DNA of 64,000 bases from NCBI GenBank assembly GCA_951406725.2, contig OX597822.1, positions 67,890,001 to 67,954,000 on the forward strand, in the 5' to 3' direction. Numbering within the stretch: the first letter of the stretch is position 1; every line of letters starts with the position of its first letter. The notes beneath the pieces are model-generated. The model was not told the origin of the DNA, made no database searches, and saw nothing but the letters and a program-made list of their open reading frames with translations. A program made the position numbers and the translations under genes. The stretch is from Octopus vulgaris. Lineage: Eukaryota. Of the stretch, positions 51,083 to 64,000 are shown one piece after another.

Positions 51083-51541
51083 CATACTGTCATGAAATCA
51101 GTAGATAAGAAGAACTGTTCTCCCTTATCTGTCAGCCACCCAACCAACCAACCAGCCAACAAGCTAGCCAGCAAGCCAGCCCGCCTGTCCATCCACCAAG
51201 CTGACCAGCTAAGCCAAGCCAGTCAACATGTTGTTTAATCTGCCTGCAGCCAACCAGCCAGCCAGCCAGCCAGCTAGTCGGCCATTTTAGATAGACAAAC
51301 TCCCAGCCACTCACTCAACCACTGAACCACCCAACCCCGGCAACCAAACCCCCACCATCCACCCAACAAGTCTGACAAGCCGAATGTCAACCGATGAAAT
51401 CCATATTTTCCTCCAGTTGCCCCTGCAGTCTTCTTGTCTTGATTGTTACCACAAACATTCCAACACTACTTGACACCAGAAACTATTAACTGTGTTTACC
51501 ATCTGTCTTGTATTACACATTATTTAATTTACTCAGTCGAA

Positions 51542-51549
51542 GCCGCTAC

Positions 51550-51618
<69 letters not shown>

Positions 51619-51922
51619 TGCTGCCAAAACAACAACAACCACCACCACCACCAACACCACCACCACAACCACCAAAACTACTAAAACCACTACGACGACG
51701 ACGCCGACGACAGCCATCACCACCAAATAAACCCATCATTGCCACTGCAACATCATCATCATCATCCTCGCGATCATCATCATCAACATCATTGTCATCA
51801 TCATCATCGCGATCATTATCATTAACATCATCATCCTCATCATCATCACCATCATCATCCTCATCATCATCATCATCATCACCATCATCATCACCATCAT
51901 CCTCGCCATCATCATCCTCATC

Positions 51923-51954
<32 letters not shown>

Positions 51955-51972
51955 CATCACCATCATCCTCGC

Positions 51973-52014
<42 letters not shown>

Positions 52015-52839
52015 CATCATCACCATCATCATCGCCATTATCGTTATCATCGCCATCATCACCACCAGCACCAGCACCAGCACCACCATCATCATCATCA
52101 TCTGCAAATTGGGGCTACTATCTTCCACTAAAGATATATAACCGCCTCCAACACCCTCCCCGCTATGTCACAAGCATAACCATCATCGCCTTCACCATCA
52201 CCACTTCCTCGTCCATTACCATTTCCACTGCCACCACCTCTTTCTCTTCCTCTTTTCCTCTTCCTTCTTACTAGTTCTGCAAGTGAAGTCACTATCGACA
52301 TTAACCATCACCATCATTCACTACCACCACTTCTCTCACCTACCACCACCATCATCACTATTATTATCATCCCTATTACTACCACTACCATCATCACCAA
52401 CACCATCGCCATCATCATCATCACCATCAGTATCAGCATCCTTATCACCAACACCATCACCATTATCAACATCATCACTACCATCATCATCATCACCTTC
52501 ATCATCATCATCATCATCATCGTTATCATCACCATCATCATCATCATCATCATCATCATCACTATCATCATCGCCATCACCATCATCATCATCGCTTTCA
52601 TCATCATCGTCATCATCATCATCGCCATCATCATTGTCACTATCATCATCGCCATCATCATTATCATCATCATCCTCATCCTCATCCTCATCATCATCAT
52701 CGTCGTCATCGTCATCATCATCAGTAACATCAACACCACCATCCACAAAAGCGAGATCGACTTCCACCGACTCTAATACAAGAACCAGGAAGACTGTCAC
52801 TGCCACCGCCGTCGCCACCACCACTACTACTACTAATAT

Positions 52840-52918
<79 letters not shown>

Positions 52919-52950
52919 ATTGCTACTATTATCACCACCACCACCCACCA
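51542..52950. repeat. Compound trinucleotide array (CCG x about 22, ACC, CAT fields, ACT, GCT)
   Basis: Seen directly. Confidence 0.96.
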
Positions 52951-53117
52951 CGAATAAAACCACTTTAAGACATCAGCGATGCCAGTCTATTATAAACATC
53001 ACCACGACCAACAACTGCAATAGTAACATTAACATTAGCAACGAGGAATTCACTATGTGGTCGATGGGCCTGCAAAAAGAAGTAGCTAAATCTCCCTCAA
53101 ATCATATGTTCATATTG

Positions 53118-53495
53118 ACGCAGGAGTGGCTGTGTGGTAAGAATCTTGCTTCCCGACAATATAGTTCCGGGTTCAGTCCTACTGCGTCGCACCTTGGGTA
53201 ATTGCCTCCTGCTATAGCCTTAGGCCGATCAAAACCTTGTGAGAAGATTTAGTAGACGGAAACTGAAAGAAGCCCGTCGTTTGGATAGAGAGAGAGGGAG
53301 AGAGAGAGAAAGAAAGAGAGAGAGAGAGAGATGTGTGTGAGTGTTTGTGTTTGTACCCCACTATCGCTTGATAACTGGTGTTGGTGTACTTACGTCCCTG
53401 TAACTTAGAAGTTCGGGGTCGATTTGCTTGACTAAAGGCGGAGCTCCGGCATGGCCGCAGTCAAATGACTGAAACAAGTAGAAGCGTAAAAGAGT
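53118..53495 (+). mobile_element. SINE family A with internal (GA)n
   Basis: Head and tail homology. Confidence 0.82.
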
Positions 53496-53520
53496 ATATA
53501 TATACGGCGACTGCAGCTGC

Positions 53521-53584
<64 letters not shown>

Positions 53585-53851
53585 AGCAATTTCCTGACAT
53601 CATCACCGCGAACACCACAGTCACCATCACTGACTCCATCGTCAATAACATCATCAGCAATGAGCTAGATATGAAGCGCCTACGTGGTCCTTCCACCCGT
53701 AGGAAATCGTAGCGAAATTTTCCTCCAATACGAATTGGGATCTTCAAACCCATCTCATTACTTGTCACTTACTGAGGTCCTTCTTCCAGAATTTGAATTG
53801 TAGTAATGACTCTGGTTATAGTTTACGCTCGCCCATGTCCGGTCTAATTCT

Positions 53852-54269
53852 TATTTCTTTACTACCCACAAGGGGCTAAACACAGAGGGGACAAACAAGG
53901 ACAGAAAAACGGATTAAGTCGATTATATCGACCCCAGTGCATAACTGATACTTATTTAATCGGCCCAGAAAGTATGAAAGGCAAAGTCGACCGCGGTGGA
54001 ATTTGAACTCAGAACGTAACGGCAAACGAAATATCTATTTCTTTACTACCCACAAGGGGCTAAATACAGAGAGGACAAACAAGGACAGAAAAAGGGATTA
54101 AGTCGATTACATCGCCCCCAGTGTGTAACTGATACTTAATTTATCGACCCCGAAAGTATGAAAGGCAAAGTCGACCTCGGTGGAATTTGAACTCATCACG
54201 TAACGGCAGACAAAATACCGCTAAGCATTTCGCCCGGCGTACTAACGTTTCTGCCAGCTCGTTGCCTTA
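53852..54269 (-). mobile_element. Nested SINE family B dimer (both tail type 1)
   Basis: Internal junction AAAGAAATA|GATATTTCG at about 54036. Outer TSD-like ATGTCC(GG/AC)TCTAATTCT at 53835-53851 and 54270-54286. Confidence 0.87.
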
Positions 54270-54673
54270 TGTCCACTCTAATTCTGTCCGCCTGCAGATT
54301 CTAGTAGTGACCACTACAAAGACAAAGCCTGATAAACTCTTGTGAAAAGCACCTATATATTTAAATATTTTCAATCCACCAGAGTGTTAGTTGAGGAGGG
54401 TTTAGCTACGATTTCTTGCAAGTCAAGAAACCAAAAAGAGATTCTATATTTGAGGAAGTATTGGTTGAAGATTTAAATACGATTCTTTGCGGATCCAATG
54501 ACCACGTAGCTCCTTCGTGTCTAACTTATCAGTGATACTGTAGATGAGGATGGAGTCCATAGAAGTGTCTATGATGGAGGTGGTAGTGATGATGGGTGCG
54601 GGGTGGCGGAGGGGATGAGGCTGGTGACAACATTAAGGTTAATATTATTATTATAGGAGGAGGAGGAGGATAA

Positions 54674-54718
54674 GGAGGAACGGTCTCGGGAGGAACGGTC
54701 TCGGGAGGAACGGTCTCG
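54674..54718. repeat. 15-bp minisatellite x3 (GGAGGAACGGTCTCG)
   Basis: Three exact units. Confidence 0.95.
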
Positions 54719-54743
54719 TTGAATTGGTTGCGGTGATGTACCG

Positions 54744-54932
54744 TTGTTTTTGCTGTTGCTGCTGTTATTGTTGTCGTTGTTGTTGTTAATGGTGGTGGTG
54801 TTGTTGTTGTTGTTGTTGTTGTGTTGTGGTGGTGGTGGTGGTGGTGGTGGTGGACGTCGTTGTCGTCGTCGTGATGGTGGTGGTGTTGGTGATGATAGCA
54901 GTTGGAATGATGGTGGTGGTGGTGATGGTGCT

Positions 54933-54963
<31 letters not shown>

Positions 54964-54966
54964 ATA

Positions 54967-54999
<33 letters not shown>

Positions 55000-55010
55000 G
55001 TGATGCTGTT
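54744..55010. repeat. Compound trinucleotide array (GTT/GGT/GCT/GAT)
   Basis: Seen directly. Confidence 0.93.
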
Positions 55011-55392
55011 TACCATAGCGATGGTAGGAGGGGTTGAATCATAAAGATACGGAAGAAAAGCATGTTGAAGAATGCTTAGAGAAAAGAGGGGGGGAAGAAG
55101 GAAGAGGAGGAAGAACTGAAAGAGGAAGCGAGGGAGGAGGAGATGGAGATGGAGATGGAGATGAAGGAAGAGGAGATGGAGGGAGAGGAGGAGAGGGAGA
55201 AGTGTGGAATTAATTGTAAGAAGACTAACTCCACCGCAGGCTTGCAAGGTGTACAATTGGATCCTCAGCGTAAATAGGAGATGCAACTGTTGATATTTAA
55301 TTTTCTCAAACAAACAAATGGAAAAGAGGACACACATACATGTTTACATTTATATACATATGTGTGTGTGTGCGTGTATACATATTACATAC

Positions 55393-55440
<48 letters not shown>

Positions 55441-55544
55441 CATATACACACACATACATTATATACTCATATACATATGTTTTGGGTATGTTGTGTCTGT
55501 TATATACATAATATACATACACATATATTCTTTTATACATTTTT

Positions 55545-55735
55545 CGTTTCAGTAATTTGACTGCGGCCATGCTGGAGCACCACCTTTGGTCGAACAAATC
55601 GACCGCAGGACTTATTCTTTGTAAGCCTAGTACTTTTTCTATCGGATTCTTAGGCTGAACCGCTACATCGGTTGTCAAGTGATGGTGGAGGCACAAAAAC
55701 AGACACAAATAACAAATACATACATATATACATAC

Positions 55736-55811
<76 letters not shown>

Positions 55812-55928
55812 GACGGGCTTCTTTCAATTTCCGTCTACCAAATCCACTCACAAGGTGACACGCAGTGGGATTGAACCTGAAAACATGTGGTTGGTAAGGA
55901 AGCTACATGTCACACAACCACTACGCCG
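55545..55928 (-). mobile_element. SINE family A with internal deletions
   Basis: Head and tail homology. Confidence 0.82.
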
Positions 55929-56343
55929 CATATATTTATGTATATATATGTCTATGTATACATCCATGTATGTATGTGTATGTGTATGTTTATTATGTAT
56001 GGCAATTCAAAAAATAAGATATACTTAAGATGTACATATTAAATATATAGCCAGACGCACATCACACACTTATGTTTTGTATATATTATATTTATTATAT
56101 ATACATATATTTCATATATACATACACCTGTATACACGCATGCACATATGTATATGTGAGTGAATATATGTATGTATGTATGTGTGTGAATGTATGTATG
56201 TATTATGTATGCATGTTTGTGTATGTATGTATTTATATATGTATGTATATATGTATGTGTATGTATGCATGCATATGTGTATGTATGTATGTATGTATGT
56301 ATGTATATGCGTGTGTGTATGTATGTATATATGTATATGATTG

Positions 56344-56385
<42 letters not shown>

Positions 56386-56865
56386 TCTGTATGTATGTAT
56401 AGCAATTCAAAAAATAAGATATACTTAAGTGTTAAATGTGTGACTAAGCAATTTCTAAATCGATTTAGTGAGAAATCGATGAACTTCATAGACCTATAGA
56501 TGCCCTTTCTTCATAAGGCCGGGCTTTATAAACATGTGAGTCACGTTTAAGTGATACAGGCGAATGAAAGACTCTGTTTACCAAGAAAATCAAGGGTGTA
56601 GCAAAGCCCAATAAAGTGAAGAACTATTTAAGCACATTTGTATCGGATTAGTATTGATTTTTATCGAAGGAATTATAGAACGGAACCAAACGCGGCTTCT
56701 TTTTGGTTAAGTAACCAAGCGATGGCGTTAATACGACAATATCAAATCCGTTGCTATTGTTTCGCTAAACCCAGATCAGCTCTTATCGCTACAAACATAT
56801 GTTTTTTTAGTGTAACCGTACCATTTTTTAATTTTTTTTTATTTTATTCTAAACCTGCGGCTAGT

Positions 56866-57164
56866 GGAGGCGCAATGGCCCAGTGGTTAGGGAAGCGGTC
56901 GGAGGATCGCGGTTTCGATTCCCAGACCGGTCGTTGTGTGTGTTTATTAAGCGAAAACACCTAAAGCTCCATGAAGCTCCGGCAGGGGGTGGTGGCGACC
57001 CCTGTTGTACTATTTCGCCCCAACTTTCTCTAAGTGTTTCTTCCTGTTTCTTGGGTAACGCTGCGGTGGACTGGCGACCCGTCCAGCTGGGGGGAACACA
57101 TATGCCACAGAAACCGGGCCCATGAGTCTGGCTAGGCTTGAAAAGGGCGCATGTAAAAAAAAAA
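56866..57164 (+). mobile_element. SINE family C (V-domain-like) with A tail
   Basis: tRNA head, CTGCGGTGGACTGGCGACCCGTCCAG, GAAACCGG and poly(A); TSD-like AAACC(T/A)GCGGC on both sides. Confidence 0.83.
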
Positions 57165-57229
57165 CCAGCGGCGGATATATTCAGGACTAATTTACTTGAA
57201 GCTTTTCTCAGTTGTTTATGATATCAGTA

Positions 57230-57560
57230 TTGTCTGAGGGAGATCTCGCTACTCTTTCCATTTGCTCTGGTAATCACTTCAGAAGACCTCTTAAACTGGT
57301 CTAAGCATGCTGTCAAGTATATCTGAAAATTCCGCCGTGTGAGCGTGTTGCTACTGTTTGGAATGTCATTCTTTCGTATTATAAAGGAAGCGAAAACACT
57401 TACAATAATTTTAACCATCATGTACAGCTTGATGTTGGGAGCTCGATATAAAAGTACTGAAATAGCATCATGCCAGACCACGATTTTCTGTGAGCAAGAA
57501 CGCGTTATTAGCATTGGAAGACATCCCAATGTATACACCAGCCTTACTCAAGTCCGATGC
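57230..57560 (-). pseudogene. Possible ancient piggyBac transposase relic
   Basis: SKAGV(fs)TLG..RSCSQKIVVW..AI and TLTRRNFQIYL resemble the piggyBac pattern NKxKxGVDTLD..YSCxRKTxRW and RRxFxxxL. Confidence 0.33.
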
Positions 57561-57718
57561 AGAGCAACAATCAATGGAAACCGGGCAGAAATCTAAGTAT
57601 ATATGTATCATGACGTTTATGCAATTCAGGCAGTATGAAATCAAAATAACCATCTCTTTAACCGTTAGCGAGCCGGGTGAAATGCTCAGAGGAATCTCGC
57701 CTGTCTTTACGTTTAATG

Positions 57719-57890
57719 GGCGTAGGAGTGGCTGTGTGGTAAGTAGCTTGCTTACGAATCACATGGTTCCGGGTTCACTCTCACTGCGTGGTACCCTGGG
57801 CAAGTGTCTTCTCGGGCCGACCAAAGCCTTGTGTGTGGATTTGGTAGACGGAAAGTGAAAGAAGCCCGTCGTATATATGTATATATATAC

Positions 57891-57938
<48 letters not shown>

Positions 57939-58153
57939 TTGTGTGACTGTGTTAGTCCCCTCAACATCGCTTGACAACCGATGCTGGTGTGTTTACATCC
58001 CCGTAACTTAGCGGTTCGGCAAAAGAGACCGATAGAATAAGAACTAGGCTTACAAAGAATGAGTCCTGGGGTCGATTTGCTCGACTAAAGGCGGTACTCC
58101 AGCATGCCCACAGTCAAATGACTGAAACAAGTAAAATAGTAAAAGTGTAAAAG
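57719..58153 (+). mobile_element. Full-length SINE family A
   Basis: Complete head, internal (TA)(TG)n and tail. Confidence 0.9.
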
Positions 58154-59269
58154 AGGGCAAATTTTAGCCATTTCTCGGCAGACCGAAAAAATTAACTTGC
58201 AGGAGCTACTCGAAAAGTAGATTCAAAAGCCAACAAGGTAGTCGCTGTTGTGTACGTCATAGGAAAACAATTTCTCTTTTTTACAACCACAGTGTATTCG
58301 TAACACACTCGGATCATTAGCGCAAGGAATTCCTTCAGAAGTTCTCATGCGACATACACAGCAGCAACTAGCATACTTGCGTTTTTAATCTACCGTAACG
58401 TACTTACAATAACTATGCAAACCATCCATTAAAGACGTTTTCAGTTAAGAAAAATGTACTCAATACTACAAACTATAATCCTAATGTATGCTGTAATACA
58501 TAAAAGACTAAAACAATAACTAAACTGATCAGGATATTTTATATTATATTCAGATTTCAGAATCAGTTCGTCAATAAATTATTTAGATTTCTATTGTCTA
58601 TTGTATCTTTAATTAACTTAGGTGTCACAGATTTTAATTCATGAATGATAAAATATCCGAGTCAAGATGTCTATCGTATTTTTAATTTGCCTAAAAATGT
58701 AAGATATTCTATAGATTATATCAGCATTGTGTTAAAATACATAAGTAAAGTATTTAAAGTCACAATGAAAATAGAATAATATCATACTGTGTTGAAATAA
58801 ATGCTAGGCATTCTGTACAATGCCTTAGATACACATAATGGCGGGAGATATAAGTGATTGTGCGTACGTGAGCATGTGTGTGCGTGTAAGCCTGTGCGTA
58901 TTCATACAAAAATACGTACGTGTATATATACAATATATATATGTATGTGTATGTGTGTGTGTGTGTGTGTATAATGTAGTCATTCTTACACATTAGCGAA
59001 ACGTACACCCACGGCTGTGATAGCTGAAACAAAAAAAAGCTTAGCATCATAAACATACGTCCACACACAAATATTTATTTACTTACATACATGTGTCGTG
59101 TGTCTATATACACAGACACTCACACACATATATATCTATCTATCCCTCTCTCTCTATATATATACTTATGTTCTTGTATATGTATACGCACACACAAACA
59201 CATGTGGGTGTATATATGTATAAATTTATATATGAGTGTGTAGTATCTATATGAGGGTGTGTAGTAAGT

Positions 59270-59351
59270 ATATATGAATATATATATATATATATATATA
59301 TGTGCATACATATATGCACATCTATATATACAGAAATATGTGTATGCATGC

Positions 59352-59432
<81 letters not shown>

Positions 59433-59443
59433 TTATATATATG

Positions 59444-59475
<32 letters not shown>

Positions 59476-59486
59476 TATTTATATAT

Positions 59487-59537
<51 letters not shown>

Positions 59538-59565
59538 CATATACACATATACGTTTATGTATATG

Positions 59566-59606
<41 letters not shown>

Positions 59607-59660
59607 CTGTGTGTATGTGTGCGTGTGTGTTACTACGTATATATATATATATAGAGAGAG
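59270..59660. repeat. (TA)n-rich microsatellite field
   Basis: Seen directly. Confidence 0.95.
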
Positions 59661-60702
59661 AGATATTTATATACTTATTTAGTGACAGCACAAATTGGGT
59701 TTCTGCGAAGCCATCCGGTGAAGTACCTCTAGGAACTTAGAAGTCTCCACAAAAAACTCAATTCCAACCGTCAGCAGGGGTCCAGATAAGAGTCGCTGTG
59801 GGTGGAGGGCTAACTCAATTATTGTCTTTTACTTCGTTCTTGGATTTTCTCTGTTATCCTCGGGAAGGAGTTGATGTTAAATTAAGGTCTGCATGTCTTC
59901 TTGACTCATCGATAAATGGTATCGAGGAGCTGAGACCTGACATCATGATATGTATGTATGTGTGTGTGTGTGTGTGCATGTCTGTGTTTATGAGTGTGTG
60001 TGTGTATATGTGCGTGCGGATGTGTGCGTGTAGAGATATATATGTGCTGTATATGTGTGTATATATATATACATAGAGAGAGACAGAGAGAGAGAAAGAG
60101 AGATAGAGATAGAGAAGGACAGACAGAAAGAAAGAGAGATAGAGATAGAGAGAGGGAGACAGAGACAGAGAGTGGAAGATATGGTAGATAGATACAAACA
60201 TACACACATACATATATACATACATGAATACATACACACGTACATACATTCATATATATGGAGGGATGTATGAATATACATTTAGAAATTGTACATACAT
60301 GTGCGTGTTATGATATTTATATATATATGTATGTAGTATATATACGTATGCACACACACACACACACTCACACACACACACACTCACACACACACACATA
60401 CATATATATATATACATACACACACACACACACAGAGTGTGCGGTTGATATATTGTCGTCTAAATTACGCAAAACTTAAAATAACATTGACATCTCATTT
60501 TAATAGATATATTTACTAAAATTACATAAAAATATCTTGAAATACTAAGCTTTAAATTTATTCAATAAAATCGCAATTGGTTTCAATCACGGTCTCCAGA
60601 AGACTTCGGAATTTCCTGCAACTCTTTTGGACAGTCTCTTTGTTTAAGTTGGTCTCAATGCTGCCATAATCCTTGCGTTCAGTTCATCACACACACACAC
60701 AC

Positions 60703-60768
<66 letters not shown>

Positions 60769-60769
60769 G

Positions 60770-60918
60770 CCGGGCGTTTTTCAGTTTCCGCCTACCAAGG
60801 CTTTGGTCGGCCCGAGTTTATATTAGAAGACACTTGCTCAAGGTGCCACGCAGTGAGACTGAATCCGAAACCATGTGGTTAGTAAGCGAGGTACTTACCA
60901 CACAGCCGCTTCTGCGCC
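60770..60918 (-). mobile_element. SINE family A 5' half
   Basis: Head homology. Confidence 0.78.
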
Positions 60919-61119
60919 TGTGGGGATTTTTCGAGGTTTTAAGTGTTATGTATAAGGATAAAATTATTTCGCATGTCAAAATGAAGTACCGTTCGTTGCA
61001 CAATTAAACAGCTTCGTAAATGTGTATTCTTGACTCCAAAGACCTCCAATCAGTAAAGCGTAGGCAGGAAAGAAGTGTTGTACCATTATAAGTACGATGA
61101 GACTGGTGTAGTAGACATA

Positions 61120-61445
61120 TACGGGTTGTATTACAGAAGTTTTCCGACTTTTTCGAAGAAGTACAAGATTCTAACTCCCTCATTGTAAGATCCCCTCACT
61201 TTAATGCAGTTGTTGTACAGCTCCAGCCTCATCGTGAAAGCCCCATGGGAGCCCCCCCCCGCCCAAGTAAAGGTATCCAGGATCCTTGTTATAGCCTCCT
61301 CCATCTTTTCAATGTCTTCAAAACGACTGCCCTTGAGGTTTTCCTTTAGACTGGGGAACAACCAAAAGTCACAGGGAGAGGAATCTGGTAAGGGACAGCT
61401 TGAATGCCCATCTTTGTCAAGCAGTTGGTTACCAGGATGGAATTA
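61120..61445 (-). mobile_element. Mariner 3' fragment with TIR
   Basis: PDSSPCDFWLFPSLKENLKGSRFEDIE..YNNCIKVRGSY (the SPDLAPCDF region); terminal TACGGGTTGTATTACAGAAGTTTTCCGACTTTT. Confidence 0.8.
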
Positions 61446-61546
61446 TAATAAGCAGTATTTAGTAGGCTGTGACTAGCAGGATGTTGGTTCAGCCGTCTCT
61501 TTCAATCTAAGATAAAAAGTTGGCAGCTCAGCTTATTAGATATATA

Positions 61547-61949
61547 CTCTTTTTACTCTTTTGCTTGTTTCAGTCATTTGACTGCGGCCATGCTGGAGCA
61601 CCGCCTTTAGTTAAACAAATCGATCCCAGGACTTATTCTTTGTTAGCCAAGTACTTATTCTATTGGTCTATCTTGCCGAACCGCTAAGTTACGGGGACGT
61701 AAACACACCAGCTTCGGTTGTCAAGCGATGTTGGGGGCACAAACACAGACACACAAACACACACACACACACATATATATATACATATACATATATACGA
61801 CGAGCTTCTTTCAGTTTCCGTCTCCCAAATCCACTCAGACTGCTTTGGTCGGCCCGAGGCTATAGTAGAAGACACTTGCCCAAGGTGCCATGCAGTGGGA
61901 CTGAACCCGGAACCATGTGGTTAGTAAACCACACAGCCACTCCTGCGCC
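61547..61949 (-). mobile_element. Full-length SINE family A
   Basis: Head, internal microsatellite and (GTAAAAGA) tail. Confidence 0.9.
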
Positions 61950-62447
61950 TATATTTAATGATATACTAAAATTACAATAATGTATGACTGTTATAAAAAA
62001 AGAAAAGGTCCTAAATACTTCTGAAATGCACCTCATATTGAAAATTATTAAATTATGGACCGTGTTGTAGAATATGAATAAATAGAAACAACCTTTTATA
62101 TCTCCCCGTATACTGAAAATGAGTGAGATTTTCCCGGCCAATTTCATCTTAATTATTTAATTAACTTACAGGCTGATATTATTACGAAATGATACCAAGA
62201 ACATTCCGAGCCAATCTGCGACAATTACCAGACAAATCTTCTGTAATTTGAGAAATAGCAACTAATGTATCTTATTCAAATTAAGCAAGTATCCATTTTG
62301 ACTCCAGTGAGTTACAGTTTACTGAACTCCTTTTAACTGATAATATTGGTTTCGAATTTTTGCACATTTCAGGGAAACGAGTAGTCGATTACATCGACCC
62401 CAATGTTCACCTGGTACTTACTGGAATGTAAAGACGGTTGAAATACC

Positions 62448-62681
62448 TATTTCTTTACTACCCACAAGGGGCAAAAAATAGAGGGGACAAACAAGGATAG
62501 ACAAACGGATTAAGTCGATTATATCGATCCCAGTGCATAACTGGTACTTATTTAATCGACCCCGAAAGGATGAAAGGCAAAGTCGACCTCGGCGGAATTT
62601 GAACTCAGCACGTAACGGCAGACGAAATACCGCTAAGCATTTCGTCCGGCGTGCTAACGATTCTGCCAACTCACCACCTTC
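62448..62681 (-). mobile_element. Young SINE family B (tail 1) inserted in the head of an older family B copy (62345-62745), 16-bp TSD
   Basis: TSD AGACGGTTGAAATACC at 62432-62447 and 62682-62697. Confidence 0.92.
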
Positions 62682-63083
62682 AGACGGTTGAAATACCGCT
62701 AAGCATTTTGCCTGGCGTGATTATAATGATTCTGCCTGCTCGTCACTTTTATAGCTGGTAATACCACTGCTCACCTGCAAGGTTTTCATTTGGACATGCT
62801 AACCTAACACTTGGATTATACCAGAAACGGCTGTAAGGCTTCAAATTCACCTTACCCTAATTAAATTATTCTAAATTACTTTAGATATTAGTTCTACTTC
62901 CGTCTGCTTTCACTTTCCTGTATCTATGTTTCTAGCATTCGCTTTCTTTCTTTACTTTTCCTTTATCTATCTTACTCTCCATTTCTATATCCCACCCTCT
63001 CCTCCTTCTCCTCTCTCTCTACATCTTTTCCCTATCACTCTCATTTTCAGGCACGTCCTTTCTCATATACATTACACTATTTC

Positions 63084-63153
<70 letters not shown>

Positions 63154-63269
63154 ACACTTTGAAACAAATCTCCCTCTTTCTGTTTCTTTCTCACTTTGTA
63201 TGTCTCTCTCGCACGCACTAACTCTTTCGCATGCTATTTCTTATACACACACATACACATACTCACTGA

Positions 63270-64000
63270 AACATCTCTCTCTCTCTCTCTTTCTCTTATC
63301 TCTCTGTCTACCCATCTCTCTCTCCCATCTCTCTCCCCATCTCCCTCTCCTTCTCTCTTACTCCCCTCTCCCCTCCTCCCATCTATCTCCCCTCTCACCT
63401 TCTCCCATCTCTCTCACCCTCTGTCTCTTTCCCATCTATCTCCCTCTCTCTCTTTCCCTCATCTCTCCCTTCTCTCTCTTTCTCCTCTTTCTCCCTCTCT
63501 TTTTCTACCCCTTCTTCTTTCTCCTTCTCTTTGTCTCCTATTCTTAACGCTCTCACTTCTCCCCTCTTCCTGACGCTCTCATTTCTCCCCCTCTTCCTGA
63601 CTCTCTCCCTCACACATATACACCTGTCTCTTTCCCATCTATGTCTCCTTTTTCCCTTCTCTCTTTCCCCATCCCTCTCTCTCTTTCTTTCTCCCATCTC
63701 TCTCCCCTTTCTCTTTCCCTCATCTCTCCCCTCTCTCTCTTTCTTTCTCCCATCTCTCTCCCCTTTCTCTTTCCCTCATCTCTCCCTCTCTCTCTTTCTC
63801 CTCTTTCTCCCTCTCTTTTTTCTACCCATCCTTCTTTCTCCTCCTCTTTGTCTCCTCTTCCTGACACTCTCACTTCTACCCCTCTTCCTGACTCTCTCCC
63901 TCACACATATACACCTGTCTCTTTCCCATCTATCTCTCCTCTCTCTTTCCGTCATCTCTCCCCTCTCTCTCTTTCTCCTCTTTCTCCCTCTCTTTTCTCT
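63270..64000. repeat. Polypyrimidine (CT-rich) field with a 291-bp higher-order duplication
   Basis: CACACATATACACCTGTCTCTTTCCCATCTAT at 63611 and 63902. Confidence 0.88.

Noticed and set aside
52283-52957. 224-aa Ser/Thr-rich ORF as a mucin-like or acidic protein
   Set aside because: Pure (CAT/CAC/ACT/GCT)n translation, non-ATG start, and open on both strands for compositional reasons.

Overview
Eukaryotic, AT-rich, extremely repeat-dense DNA that is intronic or intergenic. The SINE families and the density of (TA)n/(TG)n/(ATGT)n/(GATA)n microsatellites point to a coleoid cephalopod such as Octopus (inference). No intact host gene is visible, and nearly all ORFs in the supplied track are translations of microsatellites. 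Identifiable content: a decayed Penelope-like (PLE) RT/linker fragment (1-730, minus); several mariner-derived elements; a 5'-truncated Tx1/L1-type LINE (30592-32442, minus); non-autonomous Helitrons; and dozens of tRNA-derived SINEs of three or four families. Main finding: at least eight minimal type-I hammerhead-ribozyme motifs from five unrelated sequence families, plus half-motifs. Most have a palindromic or near-palindromic stem III that can only form in a dimer, six carry the same non-canonical CCGANGA (U4C) core, and they sit in inverted-repeat or tandem (retrozyme-like, 707-nt) arrangements. Second finding: a Nin/Deu-domain SINE shares its 3' tail with the Tx1-type LINE, and its copies repeatedly insert at GGTATTT, a motif found in the SINE's own head. 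All structures were read by eye; no folding, alignment or database search was run.
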